Source: Candidatus Saccharimonadota bacterium
GTDB taxonomy: Bacteria > Patescibacteriota > Patescibacteriia > 2-12-FULL-60-25
NCBI GenBank assembly: GCA_023898425.1
Contig: CP060222.1
Coordinates: 360,001-392,000, forward strand
Direction of reading: 5' to 3'
Length of the DNA stretch: 32,000 nucleotides
Shown: in pieces, positions 16,832 to 25,443 of the stretch
How the letters are laid out: each line of letters begins with the position of its first letter
Numbering within the stretch: position 1 is the first letter of the stretch
Notes under the pieces: generated by a model
Told to the model about the DNA's origin: nothing
Databases searched by the model: none
Seen by the model: only the letters and a program-made list of their open reading frames with translations
Made by a program: the position numbers and the translations under genes

Positions 16832-17401
16832 TCAGTGGTGTGCGACTTGTGCCTCGTCTTCACGCGGGTGAGTAAGGTCTTGTGGCTGTTCGGCATAGAG
16901 CTGTAGAAGTCTCATCAATATTCGCTCATACCGTTTTCGATCAGCGATGGGTACCGCAAGTCGAGTATGGGTATTGAATGTTTGGTAAACGGTTGCGCAC
17001 TCGGTGACGCCAAGGAGATTCTTGAGTTGGTCGTCTCTTTCGTCGATGTGGATGCTATAGCGTGATCCATTTGGATAGTGGAGATCGCATTGGAGATAGG
17101 CAACGTGGCTCCACTGTCTCTTGATATGGTTTCCGCAGTACAAGGCCATTTGCATAGACCAACGACCTTTGACCTCATGCTCGCGAACCATGGTTCTGGC
17201 ACTGATGCGATACATCTCTTCTGATTGCGGAAAATCTACACAAACAGGCACACGTGCATAGAGCATCTCTCGTTCTGTTCGTAGAACGATATGACATTTT
17301 TCTGCATAATCGCAGATCAATAAAACATGATCGATTGCACGACGAAGCGTGAGGATGGTTTCTTTGACGGTTGGATCAGCTGGCACAGTCGTCCCTTTCA
17401 A
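16832..17401 (-). CDS. hypothetical protein (about 185-189 aa), orphan family member, probably co-transcribed with recQ
   Basis: It is a paralogue of 15808-16374 (see the blocks listed there). The start is TTG 17401 or, with a better AAGGGA SD, GTG 17386. Only 48 nt with no terminator separate it from the recQ stop. Confidence 0.6.
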   Translation of the reverse strand: MKGTTVPADPTVKETILTLRRAIDHVLLICDYAEKCHIVLRTEREMLYARVPVCVDFPQSEEMYRISARTMVREHEVKGRWSMQMALYCGNHIKRQWSHVAYLQCDLHYPNGSRYSIHIDERDDQLKNLLGVTECATVYQTFNTHTRLAVPIADRKRYERILMRLLQLYAEQPQDLTHPREDEAQVAHH

Positions 17402-17449
17402 AAAGTGCTAGCAGGAGCTAATCATAGGTTAGAAGCGACGTCAAAACGA

Positions 17450-19278
17450 CTATTTTATCGTATAGAGGATTCTTGCAAGTCTGATCTCGTCGTAGGAATA
17501 GGCTTCTTTGAGATGATTGTAGGCGGGTGTTAATGCCCATTTTCCCACTTTATCGAAAGCGTCAAAGATATCTTTTGCTGATTTTTCTGTAAGTCCGAGT
17601 CTTTCGTTGTCGAGTTTAAGTAGTACGCCTGTTTCAAGAAGTTTTTCGATATGTTGCGCGATGGTGCCAATAACGAGACCGCGTCGTGAGGCGATTTCTG
17701 GTAATGAGAGACCTTGTTGAAATAAACGATGTGTTTCTTCGATGGTGTCACTTATTTTTGCTTTTCCTTTTGAAACGGTGGGCTTTGTGATGCGAGTATA
17801 GATGGGTTGTTCTACAAGATCGTTTTCAAGAGCAAATGTTTGGATGACATGGATAAATGCTTCGCCAAATTGTGTGAATTTTTCTTTACCGACACCCGTA
17901 ATTTTTAACATAGACTCCGGAGACTGCGGATAGACTTGGGCCATTTGTTGAAGGGTTTTATCGCCAAAAATGATATAAGGTGGAACATTTTTTTCTGCGG
18001 CGATGGCTTTACGCAGAGCACGAAGTTTATCAAATAAGACTTCGTTAAATTCAACGAAGGATTCTGTTGATGATTGCTCTTGAGGAAGACAGCTATCGCA
18101 TTGACCGCAATTTTGCTTTGTCCACGCTTCACCAAAGTAGTTTAATAGCGTTTTGCGACGACAGGCAGTACTGCTGGCATAGTCCACCATGGTATTGAGT
18201 TGCAAGTAGGCGCGCTCACGTTCTTTGTGATCGGCCATTTGTCGAATAAACCATTCGCGTTTACTGCGATCACCGAGAGAAAAGAAAAGAAGACAGTCGC
18301 TTGGCAAGCCATCACGTCCAGCGCGGCCTGTTTCTTGGTAATACGCTTCGATAGATGGCGGTAAATCCATGTGAACCACGAGGCGTACGTCTGGTTTGTT
18401 TACGCCCATCCCAAAAGCCACCGTTGCGACGATAATCTGTACCTCGTCACGAATAAACTTTTCTTGACTTGCTTGTCGTGTTTTTTGATCAAGTCCTGCG
18501 TGATAGGCGAGCGCCGGCAAGCCATTGAGACAAAGCTCATCCGCGAGCTTTTCGGTGCTATTACGAGAGAGCGTATAGATAATAATCGACTGACCCCGTC
18601 GTTTATGCAAAATAGGCAAAAGTGATTCGATGGCTTTTTTCTTTGGTCGAATACGATAAGTGAGATTGGTGCGATTAAAGCTTCCAACAAACACACGCCC
18701 GCTCTCAAGCCCTAGTTGATCAATGATATCTTGGCGTACGCGGTCATTTGCTGTGGCGGTAAGCGCAATTAGCGGAACATTTTGTAATAACGCACGAATA
18801 TCTTTGAGCGTGCGATAGTCAGGGCGAAAATCATGGCCCCATTCTGAAATACAATGCGCTTCGTCAATGGCAATAAGCGACACGGTGATCGATTGCAAAA
18901 CCATTGAAATTCTTGAGACGCGAGTCGTTCTGGCGCAACATAGAGCAACTTGATTTCACCCGCGTGTAATTGACGTTGAATATCCGCAATCGCTGATGAT
19001 GTGAGCGAACTATTAATAAATGCCGACGGGATACCGTTTGCGCGCAATGCATCCACCTGATCTTTCATGAGCGCAATAAGAGGGGAGACAACGAGCGTGA
19101 CGCCATTCATTGCCAGTGCTGGGATTTGATAACAAAGAGATTTGCCTCCACCGGTTGGCATTAAAACGAGCGCATCACGACCAGCGAGAATATGATTGAT
19201 GATTTCTTCTTGTTCTGTACGAAAATCATCGTATCCAAAGTATTTTTTGAGGAGTTCTCGAGGTTGTATCGTAGTCAT
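17450..19278 (-). pseudogene. recQ: RecQ-family ATP-dependent DNA helicase with HRDC and C-terminal HTH domain; single frameshift
   Basis: The N-terminal ORF (LKKYFGYDDFRTEQEEII...LMPTGGGKSLCYQIPA...VVSPLIALMKDQV) and ORF 17450-18904 (IAIDEAHCISEWGHDFRPDY...TATA...zinc-binding CGQCDSC...HRDC) join if the A4 run at 18897-18900 (T4 on the coding strand) is read as 5 nt. The likely start is M at 19278 (MTTIQPREL). Confidence 0.92.
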
Positions 19279-19337
19279 GGTCGGTGTAGTGTATCTACTC
19301 CGTTCCATGGACTGAATGGTTTGTCAATCCCTCGACG

Positions 19338-19495
19338 CCCTACGCTAGTACTCCGGTTGCTCGGGATGACAGTTGCATTTGTCATTTCGACCGACCGAGT
19401 CCGACGAGGAGTGGAGAAATCTCGTAGCTGACTGCGAGTCCCCTCGGCTCCGCTAGCGCTGCGCTCGGGGTGACAAAGGGCCTCGCCTTTGTAAC
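19338..19495. repeat. two tandem copies (about 110 nt apart) of a GC-rich motif-plus-hairpin module in the recQ / VOC divergent intergenic region
   Basis: Unit 1 is CGCTAG..GCTCGGGATGACA plus the hairpin ATGACA-gttgcatt-TGTCAT (19366-19385). Unit 2 is CGCTAGCGCTGCGCTCGGGGTGACA plus the hairpin ACAAAGG-gcctcg-CCTTTGT (19472-19491). Confidence 0.5.
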
Positions 19496-19541
19496 AAGGT
19501 TAACCTAGACGGTTGGTATTTGTATGGATACACTCATCATT

Positions 19542-20446
19542 ATGAATAACTTCACCCAAAAGATCGTGCCGCATCTCTGGTTCGATAAAGAGGCTCGCCA
19601 AGCGGCTGAGTTTTATACGTCTATTTTCCGAATTCAAAAATGGGCTTTAGTGTCACCCTGCCCGGTACACCTTCAGGTAATGCTGAGATCGTGAATTTCA
19701 CTATCATGAACTATGAGGTTGCTTCAATTTCTGCCGGTCCGTTTTTCAAGATGAATCCGTCGATATCGCTGATGGTGAATTTTGATCCATCGCAAGATCC
19801 TGAGGCAGCAACGCGCATCGATGAAATTTGGAATGCATTAGTTGAGGGCGGCAAGGTCTTAATGCCTATCGGTGAATATTCGTTTTGTAAGCGTTATGGT
19901 TGGTTGCAAGATAGATTTGGTAATTCATGGCAATTGCTTTTGACCGATCCTGTCGGCGACGAACGTCCGCTTATTATGCCGGGACTTTTGTTTACCGAAG
20001 CTGTTTGTGGCAAAGCAGACGAGGCGATGTCATTCTATGAATCCGTATTTAAGGGCTCAAAGCGCGGTCAGACGGCTTACTATCCAGCCGGCATGCCAAA
20101 TGACAAAGAAGGTACGGTGATGTTTAGCGAAATCAAGATCGGCGACCAATGGCTCGTTGCGATGGATAGCGGAGAAGCGCATGGCTATACCTTTAATGAA
20201 GGTGTTTCGTTGATTGTAAACTGTGATTCGCAAGAAGAGATGGATTATTTTTACGACCATCTTTCTGCGGTGCCAGAAGCAGAGCAATGTGGCTGGATAA
20301 AAGATAAATACGGCGTAAGCTGGCAGATCGTCCCTTATGAAATGAATGAAATGATGGCGACGACCGATAAAGAAAAATTCAAACGCATGTCAGACGCCAT
20401 GCTCGAGATGAAGAGATTGGATGTTGAGAAGTTGAAGAATGCGTAA
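19542..20446 (+). pseudogene. two-domain PhnB-like / 3-demethylubiquinone-9 3-methyltransferase-domain (VOC superfamily) protein; single frameshift near the 5' end
   Basis: ATG 19542 gives [29 protein letters not shown]. This continues as [17 protein letters not shown]... (ORF 19640-20446) if CC at 19628-19629 is read as CCC. Both halves end in the family motif (YGWLQDRFGNSWQL and CGWIKDKYGVSWQIVP). Confidence 0.75.
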
Positions 20447-20448
20447 TT

Positions 20449-20670
20449 ATGAATATCTTTAATAAATCAAAGAAAGAGTTTCTTGTAGATCTTGTTGCGT
20501 ATATTACAATTGGTTTGGTGTTGTCATATTTTGATTTTCGCTTATTTCTAGTGTTGCTTATCTTTAATGTTTTAAGTGAGTTATTTACAATCAAACAAAA
20601 CCTCGAAAAGTTATCTGGTAAGTTAGATGAATTATCTGACAGACTAGACAAAATGATATTAAAGCTATGA
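20449..20670 (+). CDS. hypothetical small membrane / coiled-coil protein (73 aa)
   Basis: The ATG lies 3 nt after the upstream stop. It has a TM stretch (LVDLVAYITIGLVLSYFDFRLFLVLLIF) and a heptad-like tail. The gene is AT-rich and short, so it is uncertain. Confidence 0.4.
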   Translation: MNIFNKSKKEFLVDLVAYITIGLVLSYFDFRLFLVLLIFNVLSELFTIKQNLEKLSGKLDELSDRLDKMILKL

Positions 20671-20675
20671 TTTAT

Positions 20676-20702
20676 AAAATCCCACCGATTGGTGGGATTT
20701 TG
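20676..20702. terminator. bidirectional intrinsic terminator
   Basis: AAAATCCCACC-gatt-GGTGGGATTTT. Confidence 0.7.
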
Positions 20703-20704
20703 CT

Positions 20705-21364
20705 TTATTCTTTCGTCGGATGCCAGGTCGGAATGGGAATCTCGAGCACAACTTCTTTTTCACCGGTCGCTGTTTGAAAAGCGAGTTTGGTGGCAGCAAG
20801 AGCGATCTCTTGGTTAGGAAGCGTCGTGTCGGCGCCGTATTTATAATCACCAACAAGGGGATGATTGATTAAGCCAAATTGCGCGCGGATTTGATGAAAG
20901 CGTCCGGTATAGAGTTCGATTTCTACCAAGGTATTTTCGCCTAGCTCTTTAATGACTTTATACGAAAGTTTTGCTTCTTTGCCTTTTGGGGATTCGTAGG
21001 CAATACGCTTATGCTCTTCTTTATCAAGCATATTGATAAGCGTGCCATGTGGACGCTCGAGGTGACCTTCTACGAGCGCGTGATAAGTCTTGGTGATATC
21101 TCGCTTACGAAATTGTTCGGAGAGGCGTGACGCGCCTTTGCTCGTTTTGGCAAAGACAACGATGCCGGTGACATTGCGATCAAGGCGATGAATCAATCCC
21201 AAAAACACGTTACCGGGTTTTTGATATTTGCTTTTGAGATAATCTTTCACATCATCCATCAAACAACGTTCGTCAGATTCGTCTGCTTGGATAAGGGCAC
21301 CTGGTGGTTTAACAACGGCAATCAAGTGATTATCTTCGTAGAGGACTTCGATAGGGTAGCTCAT
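20705..21364 (-). CDS. RluA-family pseudouridine synthase
   Basis: ...VLYEDNHLIAVVKPPG...GLIHRLDRNVTGIVVFAKT...GRFHQIRAQF carries the HRLD catalytic Asp motif. I chose the ATG at 21364 (MSYPIEV) because it lies directly after the upstream gene's stop at 21366-21368. Confidence 0.88.
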   Translation of the reverse strand: MSYPIEVLYEDNHLIAVVKPPGALIQADESDERCLMDDVKDYLKSKYQKPGNVFLGLIHRLDRNVTGIVVFAKTSKGASRLSEQFRKRDITKTYHALVEGHLERPHGTLINMLDKEEHKRIAYESPKGKEAKLSYKVIKELGENTLVEIELYTGRFHQIRAQFGLINHPLVGDYKYGADTTLPNQEIALAATKLAFQTATGEKEVVLEIPIPTWHPTKE

Positions 21365-21365
21365 A

Positions 21366-22256
21366 TTAGGGTGTCCAGCGGGCAAAAATGCCGGCAGGGA
21401 GATTACGCGGGTTTGAGCCGGATTCTTTAATGGTTAATTCGCCGATTTCTGTAGAGCCTCCACGGTTTAAGCAGGATTCCATGATTTGCTTATAGGCAAG
21501 CGCAGAATATCCAGCCGCATATCCGTTCATCAACATAAACAAAGGCTTCTCGTTTAAAATAGCTGCACAGTTTTTGACGAGCGGAATCAAATCTTTTTCG
21601 ATTTTCCAAATCTCGCCATTGGCACCGTGACCAAAAGCTGGCGGATCCATGATAATCGCGTCATAGGTATTGCCACGGCGCAACTCACGTTCAACAAAAG
21701 TGGCAGCGTCTTCGAGAATCCAACGAATAGGTTTTTCTGCCAAACCAGAAGCCTCTGCATTTTCGCGAGCCGCTTTGATGGCGGTTTTTGAAGCATCAAC
21801 ATGCACAACCTCAGCTCCAGCCTTGGCAGCCGCCAATGATGCGCCACCCGTATAACCAAAGAGATTGAGTACCTTAATCGGACGCTTTGCCTCGGTAATG
21901 GTCTTCATCATCCATGCCCAACTTGGCTCATGCTCTGGAAAGACGCCAACATGCTTAAAACTCGAAAGACGAATCCAAAACGTGATTTCGCCAATAGTCG
22001 CCTTCCAACGCTCGTCGAGCCGGGTTTTGAGCTCCCATTCGCCCTTATCAGCCCCTTTGGCACGCTGTTCGCCCGAAGTATGCCCAAAAACAGCACTCGC
22101 GCGCTTCCAGAGATCTAAGTCACGTTTTGGCCAAAGCGCCTGCGGATCAGGCCGCGCCGTCACATATTTGCCAAAACGCTCAAGTTTTTCGCCGTCTCCA
22201 CTGTCCAAGAGCTCATAATCGCGCTCCGGCAGGGTCTCGGTGATAATGTAATTCAT
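21366..22256 (-). CDS. class I SAM-dependent (RlmI-like, PUA-less) methyltransferase
   Basis: MNYIITETLPERDYELLDSGDGEKLERFG..., the SAM-binding VLNLFGYTGGASLAAAKAGAEVVHVDAS and IIMDPPAFG. The longer ORF reaching 22322 runs into the repeat element and is unlikely to be real. Confidence 0.85.
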   Translation of the reverse strand: MNYIITETLPERDYELLDSGDGEKLERFGKYVTARPDPQALWPKRDLDLWKRASAVFGHTSGEQRAKGADKGEWELKTRLDERWKATIGEITFWIRLSSFKHVGVFPEHEPSWAWMMKTITEAKRPIKVLNLFGYTGGASLAAAKAGAEVVHVDASKTAIKAARENAEASGLAEKPIRWILEDAATFVERELRRGNTYDAIIMDPPAFGHGANGEIWKIEKDLIPLVKNCAAILNEKPLFMLMNGYAAGYSALAYKQIMESCLNRGGSTEIGELTIKESGSNPRNLPAGIFARWTP

Positions 22257-22321
22257 GTGGCGGATGATAGTGTTTATTGGTCTTTTTGTATAGGGGAGGG
22301 GCAGGCCAACGCAGCCGCGCA

Positions 22322-22506
22322 CCCCCTACCCCCGGTTATCACATGTATTGGTTGTTATAGATATGTGCCAACCGACCCCTTCCCACATCTAGGAAGGGGT
22401 CTTTGGTTTTAGCTTCAGTTCTGACTCAGAACAGACAAGCCCCTTCCACAAACGTGGGAAGGGGTCGCCCGACGAAGGCTCTGCGTAGTCGGGCGGGGGT
22501 AGGGGG
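22322..22506. repeat. Copy B of the ~190-nt inverted-repeat-bounded multi-hairpin element
   Basis: The ends are CCCCCTACCCCC (22322-22333) and GGGGGTAGGGGG (22495-22506). Internal structures:
- hairpin GGTTATCACAT(22334-22344)/ATGTGCCAACC(22363-22373)
- hairpin CCCCTTCCC-acatcta-GGAAGGGG (22376-22399)
- palindrome GTTCTGA-c-TCAGAAC (22418-22432)
- hairpin CCCCTTCC-acaaacgt-GGGAAGGGG (22440-22464)
- extra hairpin CGCCCGAC...GTCGGGCG (22466-22495). Confidence 0.75.
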
Positions 22507-22537
22507 TGCAGGGGCGATTTTCTGCTAGGCTATTCGC

Positions 22538-23106
22538 ATGATCAAAGGCGAAATCATCACCTTCAAAACCGCAGCCGAATTTCGTAAGTGGCTGTCAAAG
22601 AATCACAAGCAAGAAGAGGGGATCTGGATTCGCTTCTTCAAAAAAGATTCTGGTTTGAAAACGTTTTCGTATGAAGAAGCTCTTGATGAAGCGCTTTGTT
22701 ATGGTTGGATCGATAGTCAAAAGAAAACGTATGATAATAAGTCGTTTATTCAAAAGTTTTCGCAACGTCGTGCGCGGAGCATTTGGTCGCAACGTAATAT
22801 GGAACATATTGAACGTTTGATAAAAGAAAAGAAAATGCACGCTGAAGGATTGAAACAATACGAAGCTGCAAAGAATGACGGACGTCTTGATAATGCTTAT
22901 GCGCCCTCAAGTAAAGCCGAAATCCCGGCGGATTTGATGAAGGTGATTAACAAAGATCAAAAGATGAAGGCGTTTGTTGCGACGCTGACCAAGGCGAATA
23001 TTATGGCGATTTCATTTCGCTTGAATACGGCAAAAAAGCCGGAGACGAGGGAGAGACGTTTTCAAATGATATTAGAGATGTTAAAGAAGGGGAGAAATTT
23101 TATTAA
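22538..23106 (+). CDS. YdeI/OmpD-associated family protein (reads through into the next gene in this assembly)
   Basis: ...FRKWLSKNHKQEEGIWIRFFKKDSG...ALCYGWIDSQKK...RRARSIWSQRN...PETRERRFQMILEMLKKG. Reading the G4 run at 23089-23092 as G5 gives the family-typical end GEKFY and a stop at 23104-23106. Confidence 0.7.
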
Positions 23107-23110
23107 GACT

Positions 23111-23650
23111 ATGAGCCGACTTATCATCATATCCGGTCATCCAGCCACAGGAAAAACGACCATTAGCAAAGAAGTAGCTAAGTTGCTTGGCGTTTCTTTG
23201 ATTGCTCGAGATGCCTACAAGGAGGCACTATTTGATTCGCTAGGATGGGATAATCGCGAGACATCAAGAAAATACGGAGTGGCGAGCTACGAGTTGCTAT
23301 ATCTTTCGCTTGAGGTATTGCTAGACGCTGGTGTTGATTGCGTCGTTGAAAGTAACTTTGTGCCGGAATACGCGAATGATCGGTTCTCTGCTTACAAAGA
23401 AAAATATGGTTTGCATTTTGTCCAGATAATCTGCACGACTGAGCCCTCTGTATTGATTGATCGGTTTCAAAAGAGATACGAGTCCGGCGAAAGACATCCT
23501 GGTCATGTTGATGGTGAGAATCTTGAATCAATCAAGAAAATAGCTCTAACAAAGCTGGTGCCATTTTCTCATGCGGACAAAGTTATTTATGTTGACACCA
23601 CTTCGTTTGATGTGGATGTTCCATCACTCGTGAAAGAAATCATTAAATAA
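23111..23650 (+). CDS. AAA_33-like P-loop kinase / ATPase
   Basis: MSRLIIISGHPATGKTTISKEVAKLLG (Walker A) followed by a small nucleotide-kinase-like fold. It is in frame with the upstream YdeI gene and no stop separates them in this sequence. Confidence 0.7.
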   Translation: MSRLIIISGHPATGKTTISKEVAKLLGVSLIARDAYKEALFDSLGWDNRETSRKYGVASYELLYLSLEVLLDAGVDCVVESNFVPEYANDRFSAYKEKYGLHFVQIICTTEPSVLIDRFQKRYESGERHPGHVDGENLESIKKIALTKLVPFSHADKVIYVDTTSFDVDVPSLVKEIIK

Positions 23651-23806
23651 CATGTTTCTTTTGAATCATCTCGTTTAGCTTTTGATAGCAGTTCTTGCAA
23701 ATATGATCTTTGCGAACCATATCTTTGCTGTCTGGTGGGCTGAGGAGGATAGCGCCATAGTCTGAGAGCTCGAGTTGACACATGTCACAGGTGGGGAGAT
23801 AGCCAT
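23643..23806 (-). CDS. possible small zinc-ribbon protein (CxxC...CxxC), absent from the ORF track, apparent frameshift near its start
   Basis: The minus-strand frame ending at 23643 reads ...PTCDMCQLELSDYGAILLSPPDSKDMVRKDHICKNCYQKLNEMIQKKHVI. An ATG at 23806 with AAGGA upstream is one base out of frame, at the C4 run near 23795. An in-frame ATG at 23783 would give 46 aa. Confidence 0.35.
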
Positions 23807-23893
23807 AATTTCCTTAAGTATAAAGGGGTTTTAGGCATCTTGCAAAGTAGATGGTGTTTCGATACCATTTTCTGGCTAATACATTTTACCTCT

Positions 23894-24097
23894 ATGTATC
23901 ACTTATCCTGTAAGGATGTTAGTGGGCTCAGCTGCCCATATAAAACTGATGGTGACTCAGAAATCGAAGTCATCGACGACGTGAAAGATCATGTTTTTAC
24001 CAAGCACGAAGATCACATCAATACCATGATGGATGATGAAGAAATGACCGAAGATGATCTCGAAGATAAAATGCAGATGATGATTACGATGTCGTAA
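23894..24097 (+). CDS. DUF1059 family small protein (67 aa), paralogue a
   Basis: MYHLSCKDVSGLSCPYKTDGDSEIEVIDDVKDHVFTKHEDH... fits the DUF1059 pattern (M..L.C.D.G..C.F...G....E.......H....H). The tail is Met-rich (KMQMMITMS). Confidence 0.7.
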   Translation: MYHLSCKDVSGLSCPYKTDGDSEIEVIDDVKDHVFTKHEDHINTMMDDEEMTEDDLEDKMQMMITMS

Positions 24098-24099
24098 TC

Positions 24100-24124
24100 A
24101 AAACGCCCCAAACGGGGCGTTTTT
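24100..24124. terminator. bidirectional intrinsic terminator
   Basis: AAAACGCCCC-aaac-GGGGCGTTTTT. Confidence 0.75.
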
Positions 24125-25369
24125 ATTTGAGATGAAAGGTTGCGAAATATTTGATAGCATTCTCAGCGTAAGCGCGACGCTTTGCATCTTTATAGATTCG
24201 ATCTTTTAACTGTTTAAACGAAGCATTGCTTATCGGAACTTTTGGGTAACGTTTTAGATATTCTTCTTGCATTTCTGCTTCAAACGTTGAAAAGTCTTTC
24301 TTTTTGAGAGGTGTCTTTCTCTTTGCTTGTTGTTTTTTAAGAATGTCTGAAAGGCAGGCGCGGTCATTGGGGTGACGAGAGGACGTCCATTGTGATGGCG
24401 CATATAGCTGAAGGCGCCTCCAAAAGAGCTACCAGTGCGGGTGGACTCTCTAAAAGAGGTTTGAACAATCCATTTATCGCGTCGTGGCAAGATAAGTGCA
24501 TTTCGTTTTTAGCATAAAGCTCTAGTTTTTCTCCAAAATAAAGATCGACACCACGATGGAGCTTCGGAACTCCTCCAGCACAAACGGCAGCGATAACGAG
24601 TGAGCTCATATTCGCGCCCGAAAAGCGTGTGGGTGTGACAAGGGGAGCTAGTTTACGGTTATGGAGGGCTTTTATTAAGTAACCCCATTGTGCAAACATG
24701 TTAAAGTCACGGAGATGGCGTTTATAAAATAGCTGATCTTGTTTTTACGACTATCCATAGAGAGCACAAATCGAACACCGCCGGATGCGCCGATGCATCC
24801 ATATTTTTTATAATCAGCAATCATCGACGATAGAAGACGATTGCTCGTCAATAAAGTGTCTGCATCTGTTTGAAAGAGGATCCCATCTCTATTTTGGTTA
24901 AGGTACCTTTGTGCAACAAGATGGATAGCGGTATTTCTTGCGTTACCGACATTACCTACCTCAAGTTCATGGCCTTTGGATGTGTAATCTAAGACAATGA
25001 GTGGAATGCGGCTTTAGCCTTCTTTAAAAAAGCGAGTGCTTTATTGTTCGCTGCTAATACGGGCTTTGGTGTAGTGGCTCGATCGCCATTGTTTACGATA
25101 TAGACAATCTCGCATTGCGTAGCGTTTACCGTTTGCGCATTGATAGATCGAAGCTGGTCTCGTAGACGTGTGGTCGACTCATCATAAACAGGGATGACAA
25201 TGCTCATGATACATTCCTCATGCAGAGGCGGTAACGGGTATTTGTAGGTTGTTAGCACCTTAGCACAGCGATTGCGTGCTATTTTAATATCGGATACCGG
25301 GTAGTTTTTCATACCCAAAAAGGTAGGCATATTGTCTTGAAAGAAATTTACGAGAGTATAATCAAACAT
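24123..25369 (-). pseudogene. GT2-like glycosyltransferase, paralogue of 28853-30208, broken by at least 4 frame changes
   Basis: The fragments are collinear with the intact 451-aa paralogue:
- IMSIVIPVYDESTTRLRDQLRSINAQT...EIVYIVNN
- LDYTSKGHELEVGNVGNARN...RDGILFQTDADT...GASGGVRFVLSMD (start-less frame, 24715-24985)
- ...SGANMSSLVIAAVCAGG
- RRDKWIVQTSFRESTRTGSSFG
- C-terminus ...RRAYAENAIKYFATFHLK. Confidence 0.75.
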
Positions 25370-25397
25370 GTTTTAAGTAGCAATACTTGTGCACTTA

Positions 25398-25426
25398 TTG
25401 TCGCAAACGTATTATGTTTCTATAAT
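25398..25426 (+). promoter_or_regulatory. sigma-70-type promoter candidate for DUF1059 paralogue b
   Basis: TTGTCG (25398-25403), a 17-nt spacer, consensus TATAAT (25421-25426). The ATG at 25444 is 17 nt downstream with no obvious SD. Confidence 0.5.
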
Positions 25427-25443
25427 TATTTTCTCTAAAACAC

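Noticed and set aside
13307-17401. Integrated mobile element or genomic island at tRNA-Asn
   Set aside because: No integrase, recombinase or phage/plasmid genes follow the tRNA. The 30-nt direct repeat does not include the tRNA 3' end and brackets only one gene. I kept it as a low-key finding rather than an island call.
19192-19431. 79-aa + strand ORF spanning the recQ start and the GC-rich intergenic repeats
   Set aside because: It overlaps the recQ 5' end antisense and then reads through the repeat module. It has no RBS, and its Arg/Leu/Ser-rich composition is driven by GC-rich repeats.
22257-22322. N-terminal extension of the methyltransferase ORF (MRGCVGLPLPYTKRPINTIIRH)
   Set aside because: The extension is not part of the conserved family N-terminus (MNYIITETLPERDYELLDSGDGEKLERFG) and it abuts the repeat element. 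The ATG at 22256 is the better start.
3061-22506. Possibility that the G/C-rich palindromic repeats represent a CRISPR array
   Set aside because: There are only two full copies, 19 kb apart, each about 190 nt with complex internal structure. There are no regularly spaced short repeats or spacers, and no cas genes in the window.
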